Shown in pieces: positions 55,444 to 64,000 of a DNA stretch of 64,000 nucleotides. Each line of letters begins with the position of its first letter. Positions within the stretch are counted from its first letter, which is position 1. Both the position numbers and the translations under genes were made by a program. The notes beneath the pieces were generated by a model that did not search any database, was not told where the DNA came from, and saw nothing but the letters and a program-made list of their open reading frames with translations. Origin of the DNA: Patescibacteria group bacterium (GTDB taxonomy: Bacteria; Patescibacteriota; Patescibacteriia; UBA9934; GWF2-40-263); assembly GCA_041661745.1 (NCBI GenBank), contig JBAZTR010000003.1, positions 11,965-75,964 on the forward strand. The letters are read 5' to 3'.

Positions 55444-56982
55444 TTACATGGTTTTAATTATTTCTTTAACACGGGCCATGGCCTCGGCCGGATCATAATG
55501 ACCCTCTTCGTTGATAATTTTAGTGATTTCTCCGACCCATGGGCCGCCCGGGCGATCTTCCCCTTTTATCTCTCGCCACAGAGTCAAAACTTCCTGACCT
55601 TGAATAACCGGACCAAACGGTTTTTTAAGCTCGCTGATAATTCTGGTAATTTCCGCTAATTGGCGAAAAGGCGGTTTATCTTTTTTGGGGTTACAACCAA
55701 AATAATCAGCCTCACACACCACTAAAAATGCCTGCCACGGAAAACTCCTATTTTGATCAAGCTGCAATCTGTCCAAAAATCTTTTAGTCGCTTTTTTATA
55801 CTGATCTTCACTCATTTTTCCGGCAAAAAATAATTCACCTTGATCACCCGGTAAACTATGAAGTCGAACAATGCGTAAAACAACATCCAAAACCTCCTCA
55901 GAAACATTTAGACGTTTTAAAAAAGCTCTTGCCGGTTCTATCCCAGCCGTTTCATGATCAAAAGAGTGAATTTTTCCGTCATCTCCGCGCTTGGTAACGG
56001 ACAACTTACCAACATCATGGAGAAGAGCCCCCAACATAACGGAAAATTTAATCTTTTTGTATTCACCCTCAGCCGTTTCAGACGGACAAGGAAACCTTTT
56101 TTCAAACAACATCGCCGCGGCATCAACCACCAACTTGGTATGTATCCAAACATCACCTTCAGGATGAAAAAATGGATCCTGTTCACAACCAATCATGTTA
56201 TTAAGTTCTGGGAAATGCCGTTCCAAAATACCCAAGTCGCGCATTAATTCCAAACCAACCGAAGGCTTTTCCGATTTAGTCAAAAGTTTTTCCATCTCAC
56301 CACAAATTCGCTCGGCCGGAAGATGGTCAAGAGCACCGTTGGCCACCATTTCTTTCATGAAGGAAAAAGTTTTTGGCTCAACAGTTAATCCAAAGCGCGC
56401 GACAAATTGTACGCCGCGCATGACCCGCAACGGATCATCTTTAAAAGTTTTCTCATCAACTAGCCGCAGAATACCTTTTTGTAAATCTTCCTTTCCGCCG
56501 AAAGAATCAATAATTTCTCCACTCAAAACATCCATGCTTAAAGCGTTAATGGTAAAATCACGACGACGTTGGGCTTCAATTATCGACAAATTTGGGTCCC
56601 CCTTAACTTCAATATCTTTATGCCCTGCCCCAACCCCGCGAGAATCAATCCGCGGAATGGAGACATCGAGTTCCAAACCGCCCGGCAAGGCAACTTTTAT
56701 AACACCGAATGATTTCCCAACCTCGTTCACGCTTTCACTGCCAAAAAGTTCTTGTAAAACCTCAACTAATTTGTCTGAACCAACTCCAAAAACCTCAACA
56801 TCAGCGTCTTTCGGGTTGCTACCACGTAAAGTATCGCGAACAAAACCACCAACAATCATTACTCTCGGTCTAACAGAATTAGATAAAGATAAATCTGGCG
56901 GTAAATTGTTTACCGCTTCAGAAATTTTTTTGGCTGCGATTATTAAATCGTTGACTTCTTTCATAACAGTCATACTATCCAA
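55444..56982 (-). CDS. cca: tRNA nucleotidyltransferase (CCA-adding enzyme) with HD domain
   Basis: GGFVRD...DADVEV polymerase-beta head; HD motif LLHDVGK. Confidence 0.85.
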   Translation of the reverse strand: MDSMTVMKEVNDLIIAAKKISEAVNNLPPDLSLSNSVRPRVMIVGGFVRDTLRGSNPKDADVEVFGVGSDKLVEVLQELFGSESVNEVGKSFGVIKVALPGGLELDVSIPRIDSRGVGAGHKDIEVKGDPNLSIIEAQRRRDFTINALSMDVLSGEIIDSFGGKEDLQKGILRLVDEKTFKDDPLRVMRGVQFVARFGLTVEPKTFSFMKEMVANGALDHLPAERICGEMEKLLTKSEKPSVGLELMRDLGILERHFPELNNMIGCEQDPFFHPEGDVWIHTKLVVDAAAMLFEKRFPCPSETAEGEYKKIKFSVMLGALLHDVGKLSVTKRGDDGKIHSFDHETAGIEPARAFLKRLNVSEEVLDVVLRIVRLHSLPGDQGELFFAGKMSEDQYKKATKRFLDRLQLDQNRSFPWQAFLVVCEADYFGCNPKKDKPPFRQLAEITRIISELKKPFGPVIQGQEVLTLWREIKGEDRPGGPWVGEITKIINEEGHYDPAEAMARVKEIIKTM

Positions 56983-57027
56983 GATTTTAGCTCACTTGTC
57001 AAAAATTTGTTATAATATTGACACCTT

Positions 57028-57951
57028 ATGTTCACCACTCTTCCCTATGTTCTTGATATGGCCGAACGCGGTCATTACGCGGTTGGAGCTTTTAATGTTT
57101 ACAATCTTGAAACAATTCAAGCAGTCATTGCCGCGGCCGAGGCCGAAAGAGCGCCGGTGATTATCCAGACCTCAGAAGCCGCCATTAAATACGCCGGAAT
57201 GGACACTTTGGGCGCCCTGGTTCACCTGCTCGCTAAAAAAACAAAAGTCCCGATAGTTTTTCATCTCGATCATGGAAAAGATGAGAAACTAGTAATGGCC
57301 GCCATAAAAAGTGGTTGGTACAGCAGCGTCATGTTTGATGGTTCGGCTCTGCCCTACAATAAAAATCTGACGGTCACTAAAAAATTAGCAAAGCTGGCCC
57401 ATACTAATGGCGTAGCTTTAGAAGCTGAACTCGGGGCCATTGCCGGTATTGAAGATTTTATCTCGGTTAAAGAGCGCGATGCTCACCTAACCGATCCCAA
57501 GCAAGCAGCCGAGTTTGTTTATTTAACCGATTGTGATGCTTTAGCCATCGCTATTGGCACCAAACACGGGGCTTACAAATTTAGCGGCGAAAGTCGCCTT
57601 GATTACAACCGTTTAAAAGCAATTGAGGACGCGGTCGAACTCCCCTTGGTTCTTCACGGTGCCTCGGGGGTGCCAAAAAACATAAAAGATATAGCCATAA
57701 AGTACGGGGCCAAAATTGAGGAAGCCAAGGGCGTCTCCGATCAATCAATTCGTCGGGCAGTATCACTCGGTATTCGCAAAATAAATATCGACACCGACCT
57801 CCGAATTGCTATGAATGCCGGGGTTCGCCAATACTTAAAGGATCACGCCGAAGAAATCGACCCGCGAGCGGTTCTTGGAGCCGGTCGTGATCTAATGACT
57901 GAAGTAATTAGACAAAAAATAAAATTATTTGGTTCGGCTAACCGAGCGTAA
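57028..57951 (+). CDS. fba: Class II fructose-bisphosphate aldolase
   Basis: VGAFNVYNLE...PVIIQTSEAAIKYAG...HLDHGK. Confidence 0.9.
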   Translation: MFTTLPYVLDMAERGHYAVGAFNVYNLETIQAVIAAAEAERAPVIIQTSEAAIKYAGMDTLGALVHLLAKKTKVPIVFHLDHGKDEKLVMAAIKSGWYSSVMFDGSALPYNKNLTVTKKLAKLAHTNGVALEAELGAIAGIEDFISVKERDAHLTDPKQAAEFVYLTDCDALAIAIGTKHGAYKFSGESRLDYNRLKAIEDAVELPLVLHGASGVPKNIKDIAIKYGAKIEEAKGVSDQSIRRAVSLGIRKINIDTDLRIAMNAGVRQYLKDHAEEIDPRAVLGAGRDLMTEVIRQKIKLFGSANRA

Positions 57952-57952
57952 T

Positions 57953-58921
57953 ATGTACGATATCGTCACCATCGGAGGAGCGACGCGTGATGTCTTCCTC
58001 CTCTCCGATAAATTCACCTTTCTGCACTCGCGCGAATTTGAAACCGGCGTTGGTGAGTGTGTTTCTTTTGGGACCAAAATTGATTTGAATCAAATCGTCT
58101 TTACCAGCGGTGGTGGGGCCACTAACGCTGCCGCGACTTTTGCTAATTTGGGTTATAACACAGCCGCGGTGTGCCGCATTGGCGATGACTTGGCCGGACG
58201 CGACCTTTTAATCGATCTAAAATCACACGGAATAAAAACCGAACTTATTAAAAAAATTGCTGGCGGGCAAACAGCTTATTCTACTCTTTTAACGGCTTCT
58301 AACGGTGAACGTACTGCTCTGGTGTTACGTGGTGTCGGAGCCACCTTTTCCGAAAAAGACATTCCATGGAGCAAAATAAAAGCTCATATTATTTATTTAA
58401 CTTCGCTCGGTGGAGACTTTTCCCTTTCCAAAAAAATTATTGAAAAACTGAAAACTCCAAATATTCTCATTGTTTGGAACCCAGGCAAGGGCGAGCTTAA
58501 AAAAGGTCTTGGAGTATTTAAAAAAATCCTTCCAAAGGTTGATATTTTCAACATTAACCGCGAAGAGGCTGAACTTTTAACAAAAAAGAAAGAAATAAAA
58601 GAAATGTTTGAGGCCCTTGATCGTAAAACCGGGGTGACGATTATCACTGATGGCCCGCGCGGGGCTTATGCTTTCAGTGAAGGCAAGGCTTGGCACGCCA
58701 GTACGACTGGGGCGCGCTCAGTTTCCAGAACTGGCGCCGGCGACTCCTTTGGCTCGGGCTTTGTGGCCGGCTATCTAAGATATGACGAAATCAGAAAAGC
58801 TCTGGCCGTTGGCATAATCAACGCCGAAGCGGTTATCCAAAAAATTGGTGCTAAGGCCGGACTGATTAAAAGCTGGCCGACTGAAAAACAACTCTCTAAA
58901 ATAAAAATCGTCAAAAAATAA
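57953..58921 (+). CDS. PfkB-family carbohydrate kinase
   Basis: MYDIVTIGGATRDV and TGAGDSFGSGFVAGYL (PfkB signature). Start moved to the ATG 1 nt after the fba stop. Confidence 0.8.
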   Translation: MYDIVTIGGATRDVFLLSDKFTFLHSREFETGVGECVSFGTKIDLNQIVFTSGGGATNAAATFANLGYNTAAVCRIGDDLAGRDLLIDLKSHGIKTELIKKIAGGQTAYSTLLTASNGERTALVLRGVGATFSEKDIPWSKIKAHIIYLTSLGGDFSLSKKIIEKLKTPNILIVWNPGKGELKKGLGVFKKILPKVDIFNINREEAELLTKKKEIKEMFEALDRKTGVTIITDGPRGAYAFSEGKAWHASTTGARSVSRTGAGDSFGSGFVAGYLRYDEIRKALAVGIINAEAVIQKIGAKAGLIKSWPTEKQLSKIKIVKK

Positions 58922-58924
58922 TTT

Positions 58925-59914
58925 ATGAACTACAAGATTTTTGTCACCCGCGACATTCCCGACGAAGGTTTGAACATGTTACGCAAACTAAAAAATGTCA
59001 CCCTTAAGGTCTACCCTGGTGACAAAGCTATTCCACGCAAAGAACTTTTAAAACAAGTTAAGGACGCCGACATTTTGTTATCTCTCCTCACGGAAAAAAT
59101 TGACACCCAGTTATTTGAAGCCGCCCTACACCTTAAAATGATTGCCAACTACGCGGTCGGTTTCGACAACATCGATGTTAAGGAAGCGAAGAAAAGAAAA
59201 ATTGTCGTTACCAATACCCCACATGCTAATGTCTCGGAAACCGTGGCCGAACACACCATCGCTTTAATTTTTGCTTTGTCTCATCGTATTCCCGAAGCCG
59301 ATCGTTTTACTCGAGCTGGTCGTTATGAGGGATGGGGACCAAAAATGTTGCTTGGCACTGACCTTTGGAAAAAAACCGTTGGTGTTATTGGTGCCGGTCG
59401 TATCGGTGGGGCCGTACTTCGCCGCTTGCGCGACGGCTTCGAAGTAAAAGTTATTTACAACGATAAAAAACGTAATTCAGAATTTGAAAAAGCAACCGGA
59501 GCAAAATACCGGACCAAAGATCAACTTCTTAAAGAAGCCGATTTTGTTTCTCTTCATGTTCCGCTCTGCCCGGCCACTCGGCATCTTATGAGCACTCGCG
59601 AATTCAAACTCATGAAAAAAACCGCCTTCTTAATCAACACGGCTCGCGGTCCGGTTGTTGATGAAAAAGCTCTACTCAAAGCTTTACGCGACAAGGACAT
59701 CGCCGGCGCCGGCCTTGATGTTTTTGAATGCGAACCAATGATCGATTGTGATCCGCGTGACAATTTGGAACTCCGCCGCATGGAAAACGTGGTTTTAACC
59801 CCACACACCGCTTCGGCCACCATTGAGGCCCGCCAGGCCATGAGCCGCGTGGCCGGTGAAAACATCATTGCTTTTATTAAAGGAAAAACTCCACCCAATC
59901 TCTGCCAAAGCTAG
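58925..59914 (+). CDS. D-isomer-specific 2-hydroxyacid dehydrogenase (glyoxylate/hydroxypyruvate reductase-like)
   Basis: GVIGAGRIGGAV NAD-binding motif; catalytic HTAS..R region. Confidence 0.85.
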   Translation: MNYKIFVTRDIPDEGLNMLRKLKNVTLKVYPGDKAIPRKELLKQVKDADILLSLLTEKIDTQLFEAALHLKMIANYAVGFDNIDVKEAKKRKIVVTNTPHANVSETVAEHTIALIFALSHRIPEADRFTRAGRYEGWGPKMLLGTDLWKKTVGVIGAGRIGGAVLRRLRDGFEVKVIYNDKKRNSEFEKATGAKYRTKDQLLKEADFVSLHVPLCPATRHLMSTREFKLMKKTAFLINTARGPVVDEKALLKALRDKDIAGAGLDVFECEPMIDCDPRDNLELRRMENVVLTPHTASATIEARQAMSRVAGENIIAFIKGKTPPNLCQS

Positions 59915-59960
59915 GGGCTTGCTTTTTACTGTAAAAACTTGTTAAATATAAAGGCTTATT

Positions 59961-60338
59961 ATGAGAAGGAACTTCTTTTTTCCAATAATTATCGCCATAG
60001 CGGCCATAGCCGTTGTGGCACTTTTTGTTGTTCTATTCAAAGCGGGCCACCCCACTCTTCCGTCCAGCGGCCTGACCTTCTTTTACAGCGACACTTGCCC
60101 ACACTGCAAAAATGTCGAAGATTTTTTTGCTGTCAACGAAGTCGACAAAAAAATAAATGTTGAAAAGTTAGAAATCAACGGTTCTACTGAAAATGCCAAA
60201 TTGTTTTACAACGCCAATGTAGCTTGCGGCGTTACCGATCAAAAAGACATGGGCGTACCTCTTCTTTGGGATGGTTCGACCTGCGTCAATGGTGATGAGC
60301 CAATTATAACTTATTTCCAAAACAAATTGGGTTTATGA
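59961..60338 (+). CDS. Membrane-anchored thioredoxin-fold protein with CPHC active site
   Basis: N-terminal TM helix; FFYSDTCPHCKNVE. Confidence 0.7.
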   Translation: MRRNFFFPIIIAIAAIAVVALFVVLFKAGHPTLPSSGLTFFYSDTCPHCKNVEDFFAVNEVDKKINVEKLEINGSTENAKLFYNANVACGVTDQKDMGVPLLWDGSTCVNGDEPIITYFQNKLGL

Positions 60339-60856
60339 AACATTTCGTACAATCGGCCAGCGCAGTTTCGGCCGCGGCTTTTGCCGGTGAATTTCTTTTC
60401 ACTCACAAGGCCGAAGCTTTTTGTCCAGTTTGCACGGTCGCGGCCGGGGCTGGTGTTGGTTTAGCCCGATGGCTCGGTATCGACGATACGATTACCGGTT
60501 TATGGATTGGCGCCCTTTTGGTTTCTGTCACTTTCTGGACAGCTAACTGGATGACTAAGAAAGGCTGGGGCTTTAAAGGACTTACCTTGCTTTCTGGCGT
60601 CTTCTATGTTTTAATCACCGTCGTGCCCCTCTTTTACACTGGTATTATGGGCCACCCGTGGAATACTCTCTGGGGCATCGACAAACTGGGTTTGGGAATG
60701 GCCGTCGGTGCTATCCTCTTCTACGCCGCAGAAAAACTTTACCTGTTCCTAAAAAAGAAAAACAACGGCCACGCCCACTTCCCTTTTGAGAAAGTGGCTC
60801 TGCCGGTTGCCGCCCTGGTAATCTTAAGTGGAATCTTCTACTTCATCACTAAATAA
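60335..60856 (+). CDS. Polytopic membrane protein with CPVC motif (candidate DsbB/VKOR-like redox partner)
   Basis: 4 TM segments; FCPVCTVAAG at the first helix boundary. 4-nt overlap with the CPHC gene. Confidence 0.45.
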   Translation: MKHFVQSASAVSAAAFAGEFLFTHKAEAFCPVCTVAAGAGVGLARWLGIDDTITGLWIGALLVSVTFWTANWMTKKGWGFKGLTLLSGVFYVLITVVPLFYTGIMGHPWNTLWGIDKLGLGMAVGAILFYAAEKLYLFLKKKNNGHAHFPFEKVALPVAALVILSGIFYFITK

Positions 60857-60860
60857 TTTT

Positions 60861-61385
60861 ATGGATTACGATAAAATCAAGGAGTTCGTCGATAAGGTCG
60901 ACCAAATGAAAAAGCAGGACCGTATGGATCTCTCATCCGATCAGGATTTGAGTATTGCCGTCATGAACTTGATTTCCATCGAGGAGCACTTTTTCTTCAC
61001 CGCTGAAAAAACCGGCAAGCGTGAATACTTCGACATGTTGAACGAAGTTCGGGCCATGCGCAAAGAACTTTTACAAAAATTAATTAAGCAGTACGAAGGT
61101 GAAGTCTGGTGCATTTCCAAACATTTGCTCGCCGCCTCAATGCGTTTAATGGAAGTCGGTACAAAAGCCTTGGGTCAAGGTAATAAAGAGACTGCCTACG
61201 AGCTCTTCGATAAGTCCTACAATCTCTATTCCCTCTTCTGGGGTTTAAACATGAAAATGATTGATTTGGGTGATGTTAAAAAAATTGATGATCTTGCCCT
61301 CAATAAACACGACGAAGAAAAGAAAGGTTTTATGGGCAAACTTGGTGAGTTGGTAAAAAAAGCGGTTGACTGTTGCATTGAATAA
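60861..61385 (+). CDS. Hypothetical cytoplasmic protein (start MDYDKIKEF)
   Basis: 174 aa, helical, no family recognised. Confidence 0.45.
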   Translation: MDYDKIKEFVDKVDQMKKQDRMDLSSDQDLSIAVMNLISIEEHFFFTAEKTGKREYFDMLNEVRAMRKELLQKLIKQYEGEVWCISKHLLAASMRLMEVGTKALGQGNKETAYELFDKSYNLYSLFWGLNMKMIDLGDVKKIDDLALNKHDEEKKGFMGKLGELVKKAVDCCIE

Positions 61386-61396
61386 ATTACAAATCA

Positions 61397-61430
61397 AAAT
61401 CCCGGCTAAAAGCCGGGGTTTTATTTTTTC
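61397..61430. terminator. Terminator CCCGGCTAAAAGCCGGGG TTTTATTTTTT
   Basis: GC stem plus T-run. Confidence 0.65.
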
Positions 61431-61505
61431 TGGTGGACCAGAGCGGGATCGAACCGCTGACCTCCTGCTTGCAAAGCAGGCATTCTACCACTGAACTACT
61501 GGCCC
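61431..61505 (-). tRNA. tRNA-Ala (anticodon TGC), G3-U70 identity pair, encoded CCA
   Basis: GGGCCAG acceptor, anticodon arm CCTGC-TTTGCAA-GCAGG, T-loop TTCGATC. Confidence 0.9.
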
Positions 61506-61554
61506 GAAATATTTTATCGTCTTTAGACTACTGCTATATTGTTTTATTTTACCA

Positions 61555-61612
61555 CTGCCCCGCCTCGCTGCGCTCGGACGGGGTCCCGCCATAGGCGGGA
61601 AACTACTGGCCC
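61555..61612. repeat. GC-rich hairpins (CCCCGCC..GGACGGGG; TCCCGCC ata GGCGGGA) followed by a 12-nt duplicate of the tRNA-Ala 5' end (AACTACTGGCCC, also at 61494-61505)
   Basis: Seen directly in the sequence. Confidence 0.6.
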
Positions 61613-61702
61613 ATGTTGCGATGGGAAGTATAAACTGGAATTCGATTTCGGTCAATGATTGGATAAAAATATCCTCGAAAAATTGAGGATATTTTATTTC
61701 TA

Positions 61703-62797
61703 TTATTTTTTTGGCTCTTTATTTTTCTTTCCGCGATATCGGGTGATGATTAGAATAAACAAAAGAATCAGGAGCAATAACCAAAAAGGACAAAAGCCAA
61801 CCGAAATCGCGGCTGATTCCCCAACAATCTGTGGGACTGAGGTTTCAATTGTTTCTATAATTTCTTTAATCTCGGAAATAATTATTGGAGATATTGGTGT
61901 CTCTGGAGTGATGGGTGGAGTAACTTCGGCAGGAGTTGTACAAGGAACTCCATTGACGAGGCAAGGCGTTTGTGGTGGTTCAGTGACAACCACCTCCTCT
62001 TGTTCTTCGGTTTGGATTTGCTCCTGGGTGACACGGAACACAATCGTGTAACTATCCGCACTTGTTGTTGTCTCATGTTCGGCTGTTGTGTAAAAAGAAT
62101 ATCCGCCCTCTAGATTCGTTGTATCAATAAGAAAAGAGTAAATACCGTCCTTATTGGCAATCGTAGACAAAAAAGAAGAGCCGTCAAAACTTTCTTTCAA
62201 ATCAATTGTGCTAAATGGCACACTTTGACCCCACACAGTAACTGTTTGCCCGGCCATAACATCTGATTCATCAAGCGAGATAGATGGCGCAATAAAAATA
62301 TTGTCGACAATAGTGTCGTGACGAGCGATAATTTCAAAAGAAATTGGAAAGAGAGGCGATCTAATTCCCTGGTAATCTTCACTATAAACAAAAAGTGTAT
62401 ATTCCCGGCGTTCTAAATCAGAAAGTATTTCGGAAAATGCTGCGGAACGGTTAGAAGTATCGGAAAGAATGGTTAAACTGTTTTCTGTAAAATATACTTC
62501 TTTATTAGGATAGGCATCTCCAGAAAGAAAAAGACGTGTGCTGATATTCCCTCCGGACCCACCCGAACCGGTCGCAGGATCGGTTTCGTCGTTATCAAGT
62601 CCGGAAGTGCAACCTAGATCGCCAGGAAAATCTGTAAGCCCATCACTGTCGTTATCTACTCCATCAGCGCAGGCAGCAGCGGCTTCAATTGTGACAGTAA
62701 GGTTAGCATTTGGCGAAGCCGCGACACTGAAGGGGAAAAACAAAACAACAAATAACACAAAGAGACATCGGTTAATTTGTTGTTTATAATGTCGCAT
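61703..62797 (-). CDS. Surface protein with signal peptide, DNDSDG calcium-binding-like motifs and C-terminal TM anchor
   Basis: MRHYKQQINRCLFVLFVVLFFPFSVAA...; ..GFCPFWLLLLILLFILIITRYRGKKNKEPKK. Confidence 0.55.
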   Translation of the reverse strand: MRHYKQQINRCLFVLFVVLFFPFSVAASPNANLTVTIEAAAACADGVDNDSDGLTDFPGDLGCTSGLDNDETDPATGSGGSGGNISTRLFLSGDAYPNKEVYFTENSLTILSDTSNRSAAFSEILSDLERREYTLFVYSEDYQGIRSPLFPISFEIIARHDTIVDNIFIAPSISLDESDVMAGQTVTVWGQSVPFSTIDLKESFDGSSFLSTIANKDGIYSFLIDTTNLEGGYSFYTTAEHETTTSADSYTIVFRVTQEQIQTEEQEEVVVTEPPQTPCLVNGVPCTTPAEVTPPITPETPISPIIISEIKEIIETIETSVPQIVGESAAISVGFCPFWLLLLILLFILIITRYRGKKNKEPKK

Positions 62798-62798
62798 A

Positions 62799-64000
62799 TC
62801 AAATAGCGGTCACGGTAAGAGTCAAGTTAATCGAATAACTGCCAGTTACTTGTTCCGCGGGAATAGATTGAGACAAATCGATAGCGGTAATATCCCAGTA
62901 ACAGTCGACGTCTGCCCCAGCTCCGGCCGAGAGTAAGGTAATTGAGTTTGTGACCCCCTCTGAAAACTTAGAACTACTGCCGCGTAAAAAATCAACAATT
63001 GTGCAAGCCACTTCGGGATCAATATCCTCAGCAGCTGGGTTTACCGAGAGCTGACCACCATAACTATCAACATCTCCACCGTCGACAGCCCCGGCGGTTG
63101 GATCATTAAAATCGTATTTAGGTGTTCCGGCCGACCAGAGGGCGGTTGTCCCATCTGTTGCGGCAATCGAAAGTGACCAAGCTGGATTGGCAGAGGAATT
63201 TGAAACACGAATTTTTTGGTCCGCTACCCCCAACGATCCTTCTGTTGTCTGATAATCAAACGAAACCGTTGCGGCGCCAAGGGCTAGTGTTGGCGACCCG
63301 ACCGACACTCCAGAGGCGTCGACGATATCAACGGACAATGTCCCTGATGTTGCGGACCATGTGCCGGAACTCGAAGCTGAACAAGAATTTGATAATCCTT
63401 TGGAATCACAAACGAAGACATAATAGCTATTTGGACTTGTGAGAGCATCACCGGCAAGTGCTGTGTAGGCACCAGTTTGTGGGTTTGTGTCGGTAAATGA
63501 ACCTGAAGCGTACCATGTTGTATCTGTACATCCGCCAGCCGAAGCGCTAACAAGACTATCGGAACTGCAAACGAACATTTTTACGGTTTCCGCGGTGTTT
63601 GCGTCGGTCCATGTACCACTAGAAAATGTTACATCTGATCCAACGGACACTGGGTCCGGCGTATCGCCAACCGTGCCAACGCTTGGTTGACCGTTAATGG
63701 TAATTTGTCCCGGAGAATAGGCGGAAATGTCACCGCTGGTTCCATCGTTCACAATACCGTAAACGTAATATTCTCCAGCGGTCATTCCGGTTGTGTCCCA
63801 GGCACACGTGACCCCTGTTCCCTCCGCAGCTGTGGCGCAAGGCCCGGTAATAGCTACGCCATCGGCGCCAGTATTATTAGTATCATAATAAAACGCGGCG
63901 GTAACAGCGTGGTCTGTGTCGGCTAAGGTGTAGGTAATATTGTAGCTTGCGCCAGCAACCACGGCGTCGCTTGTGCCATCTGGTTGTGCAATTGAAATAT
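62799..64000 (-). CDS. Large Thr/Ser/Gly-rich secreted protein, partial (open upstream of the GTG at 63962 to the window edge)
   Basis: The frame stays open from 63963 to 64000. Stop is 2 nt before the next gene's ATG. Confidence 0.5.
   Translation of the reverse strand, partial: ISIAQPDGTSDAVVAGASYNITYTLADTDHAVTAAFYYDTNNTGADGVAITGPCATAAEGTGVTCAWDTTGMTAGEYYVYGIVNDGTSGDISAYSPGQITINGQPSVGTVGDTPDPVSVGSDVTFSSGTWTDANTAETVKMFVCSSDSLVSASAGGCTDTTWYASGSFTDTNPQTGAYTALAGDALTSPNSYYVFVCDSKGLSNSCSASSSGTWSATSGTLSVDIVDASGVSVGSPTLALGAATVSFDYQTTEGSLGVADQKIRVSNSSANPAWSLSIAATDGTTALWSAGTPKYDFNDPTAGAVDGGDVDSYGGQLSVNPAAEDIDPEVACTIVDFLRGSSSKFSEGVTNSITLLSAGAGADVDCYWDITAIDLSQSIPAEQVTGSYSINLTLTVTAI

Noticed and set aside
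1-64000. CRISPR arrays
   Set aside because: The only repeats are 7-10-bp tandem units (4-5 copies) and short palindromes, with no 20-40-bp repeat-spacer periodicity anywhere. No cas genes.
1-64000. Alternative genetic code (UGA as Gly or Trp, as in some Patescibacteria)
   Set aside because: RF2 is present and its autoregulatory site uses UGA as a stop. Conserved genes (e.g. island ORF 10885-11430, gene C) terminate at TGA.

Overview
This 64-kb window comes from a small-genome bacterium with moderate G+C (about 45-50% by eye). The gene content is typical of Patescibacteria/CPR-like lineages, but phylum cannot be proven from sequence alone. The supporting traits are: split transketolase, several giant Cys-, Thr- or Asp-rich secreted proteins, O-antigen-ligase-like and GT-C membrane proteins, little Shine-Dalgarno usage, and 7-10-bp tandem repeats filling 5' leaders. 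The standard genetic code is in use, because RF2 is present with the canonical CTT-TGA-C +1 frameshift.

Backbone: the minus strand carries housekeeping genes (ksgA, tsaC, GalE-like epimerase, prfB, groES-groEL, yidC, nusA, yraN, argS, tyrS-valS, ileS, cca, rplS). The plus strand carries a sugar-phosphate block (rpiB, rpe, tkt-N / DUF4349 / tkt-C, fba, PfkB kinase, 2-hydroxyacid dehydrogenase), a GT2+GT-C glycosylation pair and a Dsb-like CxxC pair. There are five tRNAs (Leu-GAG, Val-TAC, Val-GAC, Ile-UAU, Ala-TGC).

Unusual content:
1. Four compositionally foreign high-GC single-gene or few-gene islands bounded by short direct repeats. The largest (about 40.57-42.09 kb) is a three-gene cassette-like array, with a repeated hairpin element 3' of genes A and C.
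2. An adjacent ORF-free, hairpin-dense region of about 1.26 kb with a near-consensus sigma70 promoter and intrinsic terminators. This is a candidate ncRNA locus that I could not assign to any known family.
3. A family of GC-rich palindromic mini-elements that sit in-frame inside ksgA, valS and a hypothetical gene, analogous to Rickettsia palindromic elements.
4. A 23S-rRNA-IVS-family four-helix-bundle protein gene flanked by inverted arrays of 9-bp tandem repeats, wedged between prfB and its neighbour.
5. An exact 29-bp tandem duplication that frameshifts a HAD hydrolase gene.
6. A roughly 110-aa domain shared by three secreted proteins.
7. A 12-nt duplication of the tRNA-Ala 5' end next to GC-rich hairpins.

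All coordinates were read by eye from the printed sequence. Any database-type statement is a recollection of family motifs, not a search result.
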